Sequence record: DRR723986_5155
Reading direction: 5' to 3' (one strand)
Length of the DNA stretch: 64,000 bases
A program made the translations under genes and the position numbers. This document shows positions 30,323-40,608 of this stretch, one piece after another. The notes below the pieces were generated by a model, which was given only the letters and a program-made list of their open reading frames with translations, did no database searches and had not been told where the DNA came from. Within the stretch, counting starts at the first letter, position 1. Every line of letters starts with the position of its first letter.

Positions 30323-30542
30323 GATGGTCTCCTGTGAGTTGCGCCAACAGCCGGCGCTGCTTGAATGACGACGCGGCGATGGGAGGCGTGACATCTCGAC
30401 ATGATTTTATTTTGGCGTGTGCCATGTCACACTTGCACGAACTCGCTCGTCCACGAGTCAGACGAGCGAGTGCGAGGAAAGTGGCATGTGGCACAACGGC
30501 AAGAACGCAACGGACCGGTCTCATGACATCCGTGAGGGGGGG

Positions 30543-31430
30543 ATGGCCAATGAAGCGAGCGCTTATGTGCCGCTTAGCGACCAAAGAACCGTAGAATTCG
30601 AACTGGATCGCAAACGCTTGCTGCGTCTGAGCTACCGGATGCTAGGGTCGGTCACGGAGGCGGAAGATGTCGTGCAGGATGCGTGGTTGCGTTGGGTACG
30701 CGTTGAAGACGAAGTTCGTACTCCGACCGCCTATCTCACTCGCATCGTCACCCGACTATGCCTTGATCGGATGAAGTCGGCGCGAGCGCGCCGCGAGATC
30801 TATGTCGGCCCATGGCTACCAGAGCCTTTGGTCGAGCCTCTTGATGCGCAAGAAGCCATTGCTGACGATGTCACTGTGACCCTGATGTTAGCGTTGGAGC
30901 GACTTTCGCCGCTAGAACGAGCGGCCTTCCTGCTCCACGATGTGTTCGACGTGGCGCTGACCGAGGTTGCGGTCGTGCTTCATCGTGAACCTGCCACCGT
31001 TCGGCAACTTGCTTCTCGCGCACGCAAGAATGTTCAGAATGCACGACAACGATACAGCGTCGGGGCGGCAGAGGCTCATGAAATTGCGCGCGCTTTTTTT
31101 GCTGCTTCGCGAGACGGCGATGTCTCCGCGCTTTCGGCGTTGCTCGCACGCGATGTCGAGATACATAGCGACGGCGGCGGCAAGGTGCTGGCGTTCCGAA
31201 AAGTCATCCGCGGCTTGGAGCGTGCTCTGCGACTCTTCGTTTCCGCCCAGCGAAAGACCGCGACTTCGCCCACCTTGCTGCGAACCGCAACTATTGACGG
31301 CCTGCCCGGGTATGTAAGCCTTGATTCAAATGGTGTCGTGCAAACAACAGCTCTCGGCATTCGCGACGGTAAGATTTTCGCGATCTATATAGTCAAGAAC
31401 CCGAATAAGCTGACGCATATTGACGTTTAA
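30543..31430 (+). CDS. ECF41 (SigJ-like) sigma factor with SnoaL extension
   Basis: YVGPWLPEP, DGGGK and NPNKL signature motifs; divergent from a CMD gene. Confidence 0.93.
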   Translation: MANEASAYVPLSDQRTVEFELDRKRLLRLSYRMLGSVTEAEDVVQDAWLRWVRVEDEVRTPTAYLTRIVTRLCLDRMKSARARREIYVGPWLPEPLVEPLDAQEAIADDVTVTLMLALERLSPLERAAFLLHDVFDVALTEVAVVLHREPATVRQLASRARKNVQNARQRYSVGAAEAHEIARAFFAASRDGDVSALSALLARDVEIHSDGGGKVLAFRKVIRGLERALRLFVSAQRKTATSPTLLRTATIDGLPGYVSLDSNGVVQTTALGIRDGKIFAIYIVKNPNKLTHIDV

Positions 31431-31474
31431 GGTCGCCGCTGCGGCCTTCGAGCGCCCGGCCGCACAGCGTTCAT

Positions 31475-32114
31475 CTAAGTGGTGTTCTCGGGCAACGGGC
31501 TTGGTTTCTGGCTGATCGGCCTAGGCCCAAGGCAACAGGTCGTTAAGCTGACTATTCGGCTGGCCATTGACGATTTTGGTGATGACGTCGGCCAGATAGG
31601 CAAGGGGCTCAACATCATTGAGCTTAGCCGTTTCGATGATCGAGGCGACGGTCGCCCAGTGTTCGGCCCCGGCGCCAGAGCCTGCAAACAAGGCGTTCTT
31701 CCGATTGAGGGCAATCTGCCGGATGGAACGCTCGATGGTATTGGAGTCGATCTCGATACGGCCGTCATCGATGAAACGGATCAATCCATCCCTGCGCGAG
31801 ATTGCACAACTTCGAGCGGCTTGCGAGCAAGTCGACGCCAGGTGAACAAATGCTGCGCGGTCAATCAGTAATGCTGCGCGACAGCGTAGACCGTCACGCC
31901 TCGCTCATAGCTCTCCGCGACGATCTCAGCTCTGCGCTCGCCGCTCCACTCGCGCCGTCGGCCGTTGCCCGTAAAAACTTCGATCCGGCGCACCGCCTCT
32001 TCATCACTGGATGTAAGCGTAAGCTGTGAAATCGACATATGTCCAAGCCCTCGTTCGGGTTCAACATCGTCAATCTCGCACTAATCCGGAAGGTGCGGTC
32101 AAAACACCGCTTAC
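31475..32114 (-). mobile_element. Internally deleted IS66-family remnant (tnpA 5' part with in-frame stop joined to tnpC 3' end)
   Basis: Ends GTAAGCGGTGTT (32114, minus strand) and CTAAGTGGTGTT (31475); RRREWS..IVAES..LFTWRR (TnpA); IDSNTIERSIR..GAEHWA..LLPW (TnpC). Confidence 0.9.
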
Positions 32115-32117
32115 GTT

Positions 32118-33014
32118 TCACATCTCAGCCAGAGATTTAGCTTCCTTCGCCATGTAGTCGCAAAACAGCCGTACACGGGTTGGGACAGTAAATCCAAATG
32201 CGTGCAGTGCATTAAAGCTTGCTTTGGGAAGCGGCATTGGAGGTGTCAATTCCACGAGTTTCCCTGACCGTAGTTCCTCGGCGACCAGACAACGAAGTAG
32301 CCAAGCAATTCCAAGACCTTCACTCGCAGCATGAATTAGAGCAGCGCCTGAATCTGCATTGACGCGACCCGAGGGTGTGAAACTGACACCATCTTGTGAG
32401 GTGAGCGACGAAAGCTGACCATTCCTCGAATAGCGGACAAACGGCAGCGTTCTCAGCGCTTCTACGGAGTCCGGCATGCCAGACCTGTCGATGAAAGAAG
32501 GGGAAGCGACGAGCACTGTTGGCAGTACCGCTAAACTGCGAACCATCAGGTCCTTTTCTGCGGGCTCTCCGACCCTGAGCACGACATCATAGTCCTCTCG
32601 AATGAGATCCACGTATCGATCGGTCAGACCAATGTCCAGATCTAATTGGGGATGGGTTTGAGCGAAGCGGCCGAATAGGCTGGGGAGCACCAGAGCAGCC
32701 ATGTCATGGGGCATGCTTATTCTTAGCCTGCCTGAGGGCTCAGTTTGTTCCGTTAACGCATCGTCACTTGAGTCGAGTTGTTTCAGAAGCGGGGCTACCC
32801 GATCAAAAAATGATTGACCGTCCTGCGTTAGTTTCAATGCGCGAGTTGAGCGAAGAAATAGACGAGTACCAAGCCGTTTTTCCAGTTTTGCGACGCTTTT
32901 GGAAACGGCTGATGGCGTCGTGTTAAGGGCTCGTGCGGCCGCACTAAATGAGCCTGCCTCGACCGTTCGCACAAAGGCCATCATGCCTGATGTCTCACCC
33001 AGCAGATTTGGCAC
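32118..33014 (-). CDS. LysR-family regulator
   Basis: FVRTVEAGSFSAAAR..SAVSKSVAKLE..LFLRSTR. Confidence 0.95.
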   Translation of the reverse strand: MPNLLGETSGMMAFVRTVEAGSFSAAARALNTTPSAVSKSVAKLEKRLGTRLFLRSTRALKLTQDGQSFFDRVAPLLKQLDSSDDALTEQTEPSGRLRISMPHDMAALVLPSLFGRFAQTHPQLDLDIGLTDRYVDLIREDYDVVLRVGEPAEKDLMVRSLAVLPTVLVASPSFIDRSGMPDSVEALRTLPFVRYSRNGQLSSLTSQDGVSFTPSGRVNADSGAALIHAASEGLGIAWLLRCLVAEELRSGKLVELTPPMPLPKASFNALHAFGFTVPTRVRLFCDYMAKEAKSLAEM

Positions 33015-33086
33015 GCGCCACTCCCAATGATTATTGTCGCACCGACGAGCGGCTCCGTTCATGGCCGACGTCGGAAGCAATCCCGA

Positions 33087-33983
33087 TCACGATGAAATTC
33101 GTCTCCATTCTCCGGGCGCCATGCCCGTGTGGCGTTTGAATGCTGCGCCGAACGCCGTCAGCGTGCCATATCCAAGTATTTCGGCTATCTCCGTGATCTG
33201 CATTTTCTGTTCACGAAGCATTGCCATTGCCTTTTCCATTTTCTGCTGACGCAGCCACTCGTGCGGCGTAAGCCCTGTGCTTTTTTTGAACGCCCGACAA
33301 AAATGGAAACGGGAGAGGTTTGCCGCATTGGCGAGAGAACCGAGCGAATGATCCGCGTCGTCTTCCGAGGAAAGTCGTTCCAGTGAATTTCTCAAGATGC
33401 TTGGAGACAGACCTCCTATGGCCTTCTCGAATTTGATCGTTGTGTTGCTGTGGTTTCTGATCAGCTGAATTCCGATCAGTGTTGCTAATTGTTGACGAAA
33501 CAGCTTTTCCGCAATTCCCTGTTCACTTAGGGATCTGTGCGCCATGAAAAGCAACGAGGCAGTTGCACTGTCCTGTTGGGCGGTACTCTCTACCAGCGGT
33601 CCAAGAAATGGGTAGCCGGCTTGGTCGGCCAGTTGTTCAAACATTTCCTGGGCCAAGTATAATTGAACGACATCCAGGGGGCCGTAAATATCCCAACGGG
33701 AACTGGAGCCGGCGGGGATAAATGTGACCCTGCCACGACGGGCTACACCCGAAACATACTCCCTCTCCGACTTTCGCTCGAACCTTTGCATCGCGCCGAG
33801 ATAGGTCATTACCACATGATCGGACATCGGTTTGACCACGTCGTGAACTGGGCCGTGCTGCCAGCGCGCGAGCCGCGTATTGAAGGCGTCGTCGATCCCA
33901 ACCGCCTCGATCGGAGATGTTCGAAGAACTCGTTTCATTTCGAGGTCAGCAGGTGACATTGACTCTGTCGATCGGTCATTCAT
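33087..33983 (-). CDS. AraC-family regulator
   Basis: LSRFHFCRAFKKSTGLTP..LGY..FGAAFKRHTG. Confidence 0.95.
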   Translation of the reverse strand: MNDRSTESMSPADLEMKRVLRTSPIEAVGIDDAFNTRLARWQHGPVHDVVKPMSDHVVMTYLGAMQRFERKSEREYVSGVARRGRVTFIPAGSSSRWDIYGPLDVVQLYLAQEMFEQLADQAGYPFLGPLVESTAQQDSATASLLFMAHRSLSEQGIAEKLFRQQLATLIGIQLIRNHSNTTIKFEKAIGGLSPSILRNSLERLSSEDDADHSLGSLANAANLSRFHFCRAFKKSTGLTPHEWLRQQKMEKAMAMLREQKMQITEIAEILGYGTLTAFGAAFKRHTGMAPGEWRRISS

Positions 33984-34408
33984 GTCATCACCCGGGGCAT
34001 GTTGTTGTTGATTAAGTGAAGGCCAACGTTGGGAGCCGCTTCGACCCCTCTTCGATGGTGTCATCCAGGGTTTCTGACAGATGGTGTCGCAGGCTGTGCC
34101 ACGTGCGAACCGTTTTTTGCGCCTTGCGTTTCAGTTGAAGGCGGCTGCGCGTAAGAAGTGAGGAGAAGAATTGTTGCGAGATATATCAAAGACATGACAT
34201 TTCCTTTCCCTAAGTCTTGTATTCAAGTCTTCGGGAAATAATGTATGCGTTTGACATTTTGAGTTTAATTGGCTTTGGGCATATCTGAACCTATCCTCCG
34301 GAAGAGGATGTGCAATCAAATAACCAAACTCACGCTGGCGTTTGGATTGAAGTCCACTCGTGCCGTTTGTGCAAAACCACGCGAAGGTTATGCAGGGCAG
34401 GACATAAC

Positions 34409-34440
34409 GTGATGGCCGGAAGATCCGGCCATCACTTTTT
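34409..34440. terminator. Intrinsic terminator hairpin
   Basis: GTGATGGCCGGA-aga-TCCGGCCATCAC-TTTTT at the hydrolase 3' end. Confidence 0.7.
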
Positions 34441-34443
34441 TCT

Positions 34444-35469
34444 TTATGACTGAATGAACTTCAGAAGATCCGGGTTGATTACGTTCGCGTGTGTCGTGCA
34501 CATGCCGTGAGGATATCCCGGGTAGGTCTGGAGAGTGGAGTTCTTCAGCAGCTTGTCGGACAAGATTGCGGAGTCCTCGATGGGCACGATCTGGTCGTCT
34601 TCGCCGTGCATCACCAGCGTTGGAACCGTGATCGACTTTAGGTCGTCCGTGAAATCAGTTTCGGAAAAGGCTTTGATGCCCAGATAATGGGCGTTTGCAG
34701 CACCCATCATGGCCTGGCGCCACCAGTTTCGAGCTATGATTTCCTGGAGTTTCACGTCGCTGCGGTTGAAGCCGTAGAATGGACCGCTTGCAAAATCATG
34801 ATAGAACTGCGCGCGATTAGCCGCGAGTTGTTCTCTCAATCCATCGAAGACTTCAATCGGGATCCCGCCCGGGTTGTTCGGCGTCTTGAGCATGATCGGC
34901 GGAACTGCCCCGATCAACACCAGTTTGGCAACCCGCCCCTGATCCTGGCCGTGTTTCGCCACGTAGTGTGCCGCTTCGCCACCACCGGTCGAGTGACCAA
35001 TGTGAATGACGTTTCGCAAATTCAGATGTTCAACCACAGCTGCTACATCGGCGGCATAATGGTTCATGTCATGGCCGTCGCTCACTTGGGTGGAGCGGCC
35101 GTGGCCGCGCCGGTCGTGAGCGATGACACGATATCCCTTGCTCAGGAAATAGAGCATCTGTGCATCCCAGTCATCTGAGCTGAGCGGCCAGCCGTGATGA
35201 AACATGATGGGTTGGGCGGACTTTGGCCCCCAATCCTTGTAGAAAATTTGAATTTTTTCACTCGTGGTCACGTAGTTCATCTCGTTCGTCCCTTCATTCA
35301 GATTTCCAATGATGGCTTGCGCGGCAACGTGCTCTAGTCCGGCCATCAGTATCGGTGCTGCAACGAGCGCCATCGTGATGTCTCTCCGTCGAAACAGAGG
35401 GCCTGCACGTGGTGGTTCGTCTTTGCCTGGTTGATTTGGAAATTGCTCTTCAATCACGGTTGTCTCCAT
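34444..35469 (-). CDS. Alpha/beta hydrolase, non-heme chloroperoxidase (Cpo-like), with N-terminal extension
   Basis: HHGWPLSSDDW, DRRGHGRS, GHSTGG, HGEDDQIVP, PHG. Confidence 0.93.
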   Translation of the reverse strand: METTVIEEQFPNQPGKDEPPRAGPLFRRRDITMALVAAPILMAGLEHVAAQAIIGNLNEGTNEMNYVTTSEKIQIFYKDWGPKSAQPIMFHHGWPLSSDDWDAQMLYFLSKGYRVIAHDRRGHGRSTQVSDGHDMNHYAADVAAVVEHLNLRNVIHIGHSTGGGEAAHYVAKHGQDQGRVAKLVLIGAVPPIMLKTPNNPGGIPIEVFDGLREQLAANRAQFYHDFASGPFYGFNRSDVKLQEIIARNWWRQAMMGAANAHYLGIKAFSETDFTDDLKSITVPTLVMHGEDDQIVPIEDSAILSDKLLKNSTLQTYPGYPHGMCTTHANVINPDLLKFIQS

Positions 35470-35610
35470 CGATTGATGCGTTCACGGCATTTTCGTACTG
35501 AAACGGCATCCTCGCTGACCCCGTGCGATTGCCGGAATTTCATCGAAATTGCTGTTCACGTACGTCCCTTGTTCCGGCAAATGTCCGTTGGCTATCAAAG
35601 GTGCAATGCG

Positions 35611-35745
35611 AAAAAAAAAGCCGCCTCCGGGGGAAGGAGGCGGCCAAGTCAGACGTTGCACTTGGCATCTCCAGGGGAGGGGCTGATGCCGGCTCAAGTA
35701 CGGTGCACGTCCTACGCATCACAGGGGAGGACTATAATGATGCGG
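35611..35745 (-). ncRNA. Putative sRNA with three stem-loops carrying CU-rich anti-SD loops (alpha-r14/cuckoo-like)
   Basis: Minus-strand hairpins GCATCA..CCTCCCC..TGATGC, GGCATC..CCCTCCCC..GATGCC and GCCGCCTCC-TTCCCCC-GGAGGCGGC followed by T9. Confidence 0.6.
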
Positions 35746-35995
35746 ATGACGTAAAGTTAGTGAAGGAGGCGCCGGAAGATAACCATACCTGAGTTTATGT
35801 CGTGTGCTGCATTCGGCTAGTTTTCGTTGAGAAGGGTGAGGAAAAAAATGGTCAAATGATCATTCTGTTGCATTTTGTTGAATTATCGCGAGATCAAACC
35901 CTCTAGGTTGCAAAAACGTGAAGATGCAAGCTTTGCGCAAGTTTGGGGTGTGATGTATTAGTTGTGAGAATCAGAGACCAGCATCGGATGTCATT

Positions 35996-36334
35996 ATGCA
36001 AATCGGTTCCAAGACAGGTTCTGTCTTTCAATTGCTAAAAAGCCAGACTGGAAAATCGGCAACAAACACCAATGGTTTTCAGGAGCAACTCGCGCAAAGC
36101 AATTTCGACCGAACCGACACCAATCGGGACGGATATGTCGACAGGTCGGAGTTTGTCACCGACAAGATGAAGCTGCGTGGCGATGGCTTTCAGCCAAGGC
36201 TCGAAGATGTCCTCAATGACTGGAACAGATTTGATGCCGACGGAAAAGGTCACCTGAGCGAAGACGAATTCAAATCGCGCTTCTCCTCGGTGCTGACTGT
36301 ATCAATGGGGCGTATCACCAATACGCTTCGATAG
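35996..36334 (+). CDS. EF-hand domain protein
   Basis: DTNRDGYVDRSEF and DADGKGHLSEDEF. Confidence 0.85.
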   Translation: MQIGSKTGSVFQLLKSQTGKSATNTNGFQEQLAQSNFDRTDTNRDGYVDRSEFVTDKMKLRGDGFQPRLEDVLNDWNRFDADGKGHLSEDEFKSRFSSVLTVSMGRITNTLR

Positions 36335-36438
36335 TGACCATCGCGCTGCGCGGCTGCGGCTTGGAGTTGATACCTACAGCCGCAGCATTGCGAGAAGCTC
36401 AACCCAGGCCAATTATTGATTAGCTTACGGTACCGATT

Positions 36439-37011
36439 TCAGAAATCTCTTCTTTCACTTTCAAGCACCTTAATGGCGATTTCTCGTATCCAGGATTGAT
36501 CGATTTCTGCATATGGGATCAGCAGTCGATAGTAGAATGCGCCAAAAAGGAGATCTAGAATGAGTTCGGCCTCTTTAACTGATCGTCCGTAACCCGTAAT
36601 CACCTCGATTCCTTCTTTTCTTCGAGGCTCGATCCAATTTTTCCAGAAAGCAGTGGCAATGTCCGGATCGGATTGCGCTGCTGCAATGAGATGACGAAGC
36701 AATTGTTTGCGGTTTTCCGTCAGAGAAACCGCAAAATCGGATAATGCCCGCGTCATTGTCTCCCGCAAGCTTGCGTCTTTTCGGTACCGAATAAGCGGAT
36801 CCAGATCTGATAGAAAGGCATCCATGATTGCAGAAGCCGCATTGGGCCATCGTCTGTAAATCGTGGTTTTCGCGACGCCCGCTTCCGTAGAAATCCCCTC
36901 AATCGTGACTCTTTCGGGTCCCAGTTCACTTGCAAGTTTGAGTGCGGCTTCACGGATTTTGTGTGTCGCCTGGTCGCTACGTTGCCGTCCGCTACGCTTT
37001 TTTGAAGTCAT
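36439..37011 (-). CDS. TetR-family regulator
   Basis: TIEGISTEAGVAKTTIYRRWP. Confidence 0.93.
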   Translation of the reverse strand: MTSKKRSGRQRSDQATHKIREAALKLASELGPERVTIEGISTEAGVAKTTIYRRWPNAASAIMDAFLSDLDPLIRYRKDASLRETMTRALSDFAVSLTENRKQLLRHLIAAAQSDPDIATAFWKNWIEPRRKEGIEVITGYGRSVKEAELILDLLFGAFYYRLLIPYAEIDQSWIREIAIKVLESERRDF

Positions 37012-37095
37012 TTAAATCCCGGCTTCCATTCACCTGCCGCGCCAGTTGCACACATGTACGAGATCCATGCAACGTCACAAAGGAGAGTTGACTAA

Positions 37096-37113
37096 ATACG
37101 ATACGTATCGTAT
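37096..37113. promoter_or_regulatory. TetR operator / promoter of the molybdoenzyme operon
   Basis: Perfect palindrome ATACGATACGTATCGTAT just after TTGACT. Confidence 0.8.
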
Positions 37114-37158
37114 CGATATTGTTATATCAAGGTTTGTGTTTCTCTTTGAGGTCAGCTC

Positions 37159-39267
37159 ATGATCGGACAGTCTGAGGTGAAATGGGACGCTCGCGCAAAA
37201 GCTGACGGCAGCTTTATGTATCCGTCAGATCTGGAGAGGCCTGACATGCTGCATGTCAGAGTCCTGCGGGCAAATCGACCCCATGCGAGAATCCTTGCCA
37301 TCGACACAGCCGTCGCCGAACTCGCGAAAGGTGTTGTGTGTGTCCTCACTCACAAGGACATCCCGGGCCTTAACGGCTTCGGCTTCATAGCTGCCGATCA
37401 ACCGGTGCTGTGTCACGACCGAGTTCGTTATGCGGGTGACGCCGTTGCCTTGGTCGCTGCGGAAAGCGATGAACAAGCGAAGGCTGCGTTGGATAAAATC
37501 GAGATAACCTATCTCGATTTACCTTCAGTTCTTTCTCCTAGAGCCGCGCTCGAACCGGATGCACCAAAGATCCATGCAAGCGGCAATCACTGTCACAAAA
37601 TTACTCTTGGTTTCGGTGACCTGCATGCGGCTATGCGGAGTTCAGACGTAACCGCTCGGATCTTCTGCGTCACGGGAAGACAGGAACACGCCTATCTCGA
37701 GCCGGAAGCTGGGATCTCATTCATCGATGATCGAAAGCGAATTTGTGTGATATGCGGAGGGCAGAACCCCCATGCTGATCAGCGACAACTCGCTGAAATT
37801 CTCGCAGTGCCCAAGGACCAGGTTTGGGTCAGCCATCCGCCGATGGGAGGAGCGTTCGGTGGTAAGGAAGACCTGAATGTGCAGCCATTTATCGCGCTCG
37901 TCACGCAAAGGACCGGACGGCCCGCGCGTATGGTCTACGATAGGAAGGAAAGCATTGCCTTTTCGGTTAAGCGCCATCGGTTTGAAATAGAGGTTGAAGT
38001 TGGCGCAACCGCCGCAGGGCGGTTGACAGGATTTCGAGCTGATTTCCTGGTCGACACTGGTGCCTATCTGACGCTTGGCCCTGCTGTCCTGACCCTTGCC
38101 GCCGAGCACGCTTCCGGTCCTTACAAATTCAAGGCCTCCCTTATCAGGGGGGATGTAGTACACACCAACACGTCCAATGCGTCCGCCTTTCGAGGCTTCG
38201 GTAATCCCCAAGCGATCCTGGGCATCGAGCAGGCAATGGATATGCTTGCCGACAAACTGGATATTGACCCAATCGACTTTCGTTGCCGGAACTTATTGGA
38301 CAAAGGCGACAGGGCAGGGGCGGGCCATGTTATGCGCTCCGGTGTGCCGTTAAAGGCGTTGGCGCAAAGGGCTTCGAAAAGCGCGCTTCTGAATAGTTGT
38401 GATGAGGAAGGTCGGCTAAAGACGGCGACCGGACTGGCGTTCGTTTGGCAGGGTTTCGGACTAGGAGCAGGCGCTGAACCCGGTTCGACGGTCAGGCTCA
38501 CACGAGATCAAGATGGCAATTTCACACTCGATGTTTCGCAACCGGACCTCGGTGAAGGTAATCTGACCGCATTCCTTCAAATTGCCGCTGACACCCTTGG
38601 CTGTGCCCTTCAGGACATCCGGCTCGAAAACGGTTCGACGGACCATGCGAACGCCTGGTCGACAAATGCATCCAGGTCACTGGCGGTTACAGGAAGTGCG
38701 GTGCTGAACGCGGCAAAGGCCATGAAGACCCGCATAGCGTCCGGGGAAAATGGTTTACTTGAAGAAACCGGCAATTTCACTCCGGATATGGATGAACCTC
38801 TGGAAATTGGTTTGCCACACGTGGGCTATGCCTACGGAATTCAGATTGTCCGTGTCGTTCTCGATGAGGTAACTGGCGAAGTCTCGGTGAAGGAGGTGGA
38901 AACCTATCTCGATCCGGGAACGGTCATTAACCCGGATGGCATTGAAGGACAAATCGAAGGCGGGTTCGCCCAGGGAATGGGCTTCGCACTAAGCGAAGAT
39001 CTGTTCCTTTGCGAAGGGAGGGTCCGCAATGACCGCTTCTCCAGTTACATTCTGCCGACCATCCGTGATGTTCCCTCTCGGATCCGTACTCAGTTCGTCA
39101 GCACGCCAGAGCCGTCAAATCCTTTGGGTGCACGGGGTATCGCTGAGATAGGAATTACCCCGGTTGCCGCGGCAATTGCTAATGGCCTGAGCCGGATAAC
39201 TGGTCTGCGTTACGAGCGTTTTCCGATTACACCCGAACAAATCCTGGAAGCTGAGGAAATCCGATGA
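37159..39267 (+). CDS. Xanthine dehydrogenase family molybdopterin-binding subunit
   Basis: HAYLEP, GGAFGGK, AFRGFG, GQIEGG, GIAE motifs. Confidence 0.93.
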   Translation: MIGQSEVKWDARAKADGSFMYPSDLERPDMLHVRVLRANRPHARILAIDTAVAELAKGVVCVLTHKDIPGLNGFGFIAADQPVLCHDRVRYAGDAVALVAAESDEQAKAALDKIEITYLDLPSVLSPRAALEPDAPKIHASGNHCHKITLGFGDLHAAMRSSDVTARIFCVTGRQEHAYLEPEAGISFIDDRKRICVICGGQNPHADQRQLAEILAVPKDQVWVSHPPMGGAFGGKEDLNVQPFIALVTQRTGRPARMVYDRKESIAFSVKRHRFEIEVEVGATAAGRLTGFRADFLVDTGAYLTLGPAVLTLAAEHASGPYKFKASLIRGDVVHTNTSNASAFRGFGNPQAILGIEQAMDMLADKLDIDPIDFRCRNLLDKGDRAGAGHVMRSGVPLKALAQRASKSALLNSCDEEGRLKTATGLAFVWQGFGLGAGAEPGSTVRLTRDQDGNFTLDVSQPDLGEGNLTAFLQIAADTLGCALQDIRLENGSTDHANAWSTNASRSLAVTGSAVLNAAKAMKTRIASGENGLLEETGNFTPDMDEPLEIGLPHVGYAYGIQIVRVVLDEVTGEVSVKEVETYLDPGTVINPDGIEGQIEGGFAQGMGFALSEDLFLCEGRVRNDRFSSYILPTIRDVPSRIRTQFVSTPEPSNPLGARGIAEIGITPVAAAIANGLSRITGLRYERFPITPEQILEAEEIR

Positions 39268-40562
39268 CCCTGCTAACCGTAAACGGCGACACGCACACCG
39301 TCGATGGCAACGGTCGCACGCTTCAAGATGTCCTGCATACCAACCTCGGCATGAAAGGCGCAAAGCTCGGCTGTGGTGAAGGCGAATGCGGCTCCTGTAC
39401 GGTCCTGATCGACGGTCGGGCAGTGTGCTCCTGCCTCCAGCTTGCCTCCCATTGCGAAGGCAAGGTGATTGAAACAGTCGAAGGTTTCGCCAAGACAGAA
39501 ATGGGGCAAGAGATTACCGAGGCACTTGCCTGTCACGGCGCTGTACAATGTGGATTTTGTACGCCAGGGTTTGTCATGTCCGCAGCCGGACACCTCCGCA
39601 CGACCGGAGAGGCGAACGATCTGGAAGCGGCACTTGAGGGCAATCTTTGCCGGTGCACCGGTTATTCGAAAATCCGCAAGGCGCTTTCCGGGGTGACACG
39701 TCATCCGGTAGTCTTACAAAAGAGACGGGGCCGGATGTCGCGCAACGAGGCTATTGCGCTTCTTCAGAACCAACCCGGTATTGTTCCGATCGCGGGTGGA
39801 ACCGATTTCCTCGTCAAGCACGAGGGACATCTGCCGCGGTTCGATTTTCTCGATCTTACTGCGATCGATGATCCGGTAATCTCCGGGATATCGGTGGCTG
39901 CTAAGACAGTATCGATCGGTGCACTTACGACATGGTCCGAGATCCAGTTCCACCCGGTTATCATCGAAAGGCTTCCTATCCTCCAGGCGGTTGCGGCCAC
40001 GTTGGGCGGCATGCAGATTCGAAACGTAGCGACCATCGGAGGCAATCTTGCAACGGCTTCGCCTGCCGGGGACAGTCTGCCAGCACTCCGAGCCCTCCGG
40101 GCGACTGTCCGCGTTGATGGTCCACAGGGAGAAAGATCTCTCCCAATAGCGGACTTTCTGGAGGGACCGGGCAAAACCGGGCTTCTTCCTGGAGAACTCA
40201 TCGTCCAGGTGGACATTCCGGCGCCGTCCGGCGACGTGAAGCAGTTCTTTCGGAAGGTTGGGCCGCGCCGCGCCCAGAGCATCGCCAAGATTTCGCTCGC
40301 ACTTCAGGCGAGGGTCGAGGAGGGAGAAATACAAGACATTGAAATCGCTTTTGGTGCAGTTGGACCAATTCCAATGGATTGCCCAAGGACGCGAAAACTG
40401 ATCCTAGAAAACTCGCTTTCTGAAGACCTCTATCCGGAGTTGAAGCGGCTGGTCCTAGAGGAAATTGCACCCATCGACGATTTCAGGTCGACCAAGGATT
40501 ATCGTCGCAACGTAGCTCCTAAGCTGCTTTGGCAGGCATTGAAGTACGTCTGCCAACACTGA
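39264..40562 (+). CDS. Fused 2Fe-2S and FAD-binding subunit (XdhA-like)
   Basis: GCGEGECGSC, QCGFCTPG, NLCRCTGY, then AGGTD and IRNVATIGGNL. Confidence 0.93.
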   Translation: MTLLTVNGDTHTVDGNGRTLQDVLHTNLGMKGAKLGCGEGECGSCTVLIDGRAVCSCLQLASHCEGKVIETVEGFAKTEMGQEITEALACHGAVQCGFCTPGFVMSAAGHLRTTGEANDLEAALEGNLCRCTGYSKIRKALSGVTRHPVVLQKRRGRMSRNEAIALLQNQPGIVPIAGGTDFLVKHEGHLPRFDFLDLTAIDDPVISGISVAAKTVSIGALTTWSEIQFHPVIIERLPILQAVAATLGGMQIRNVATIGGNLATASPAGDSLPALRALRATVRVDGPQGERSLPIADFLEGPGKTGLLPGELIVQVDIPAPSGDVKQFFRKVGPRRAQSIAKISLALQARVEEGEIQDIEIAFGAVGPIPMDCPRTRKLILENSLSEDLYPELKRLVLEEIAPIDDFRSTKDYRRNVAPKLLWQALKYVCQH

Positions 40563-40608
40563 TTTCAAGCTTTCCGGTGCCGTTAGCTCTTTTCCTGCCC
40601 TGAACTAC

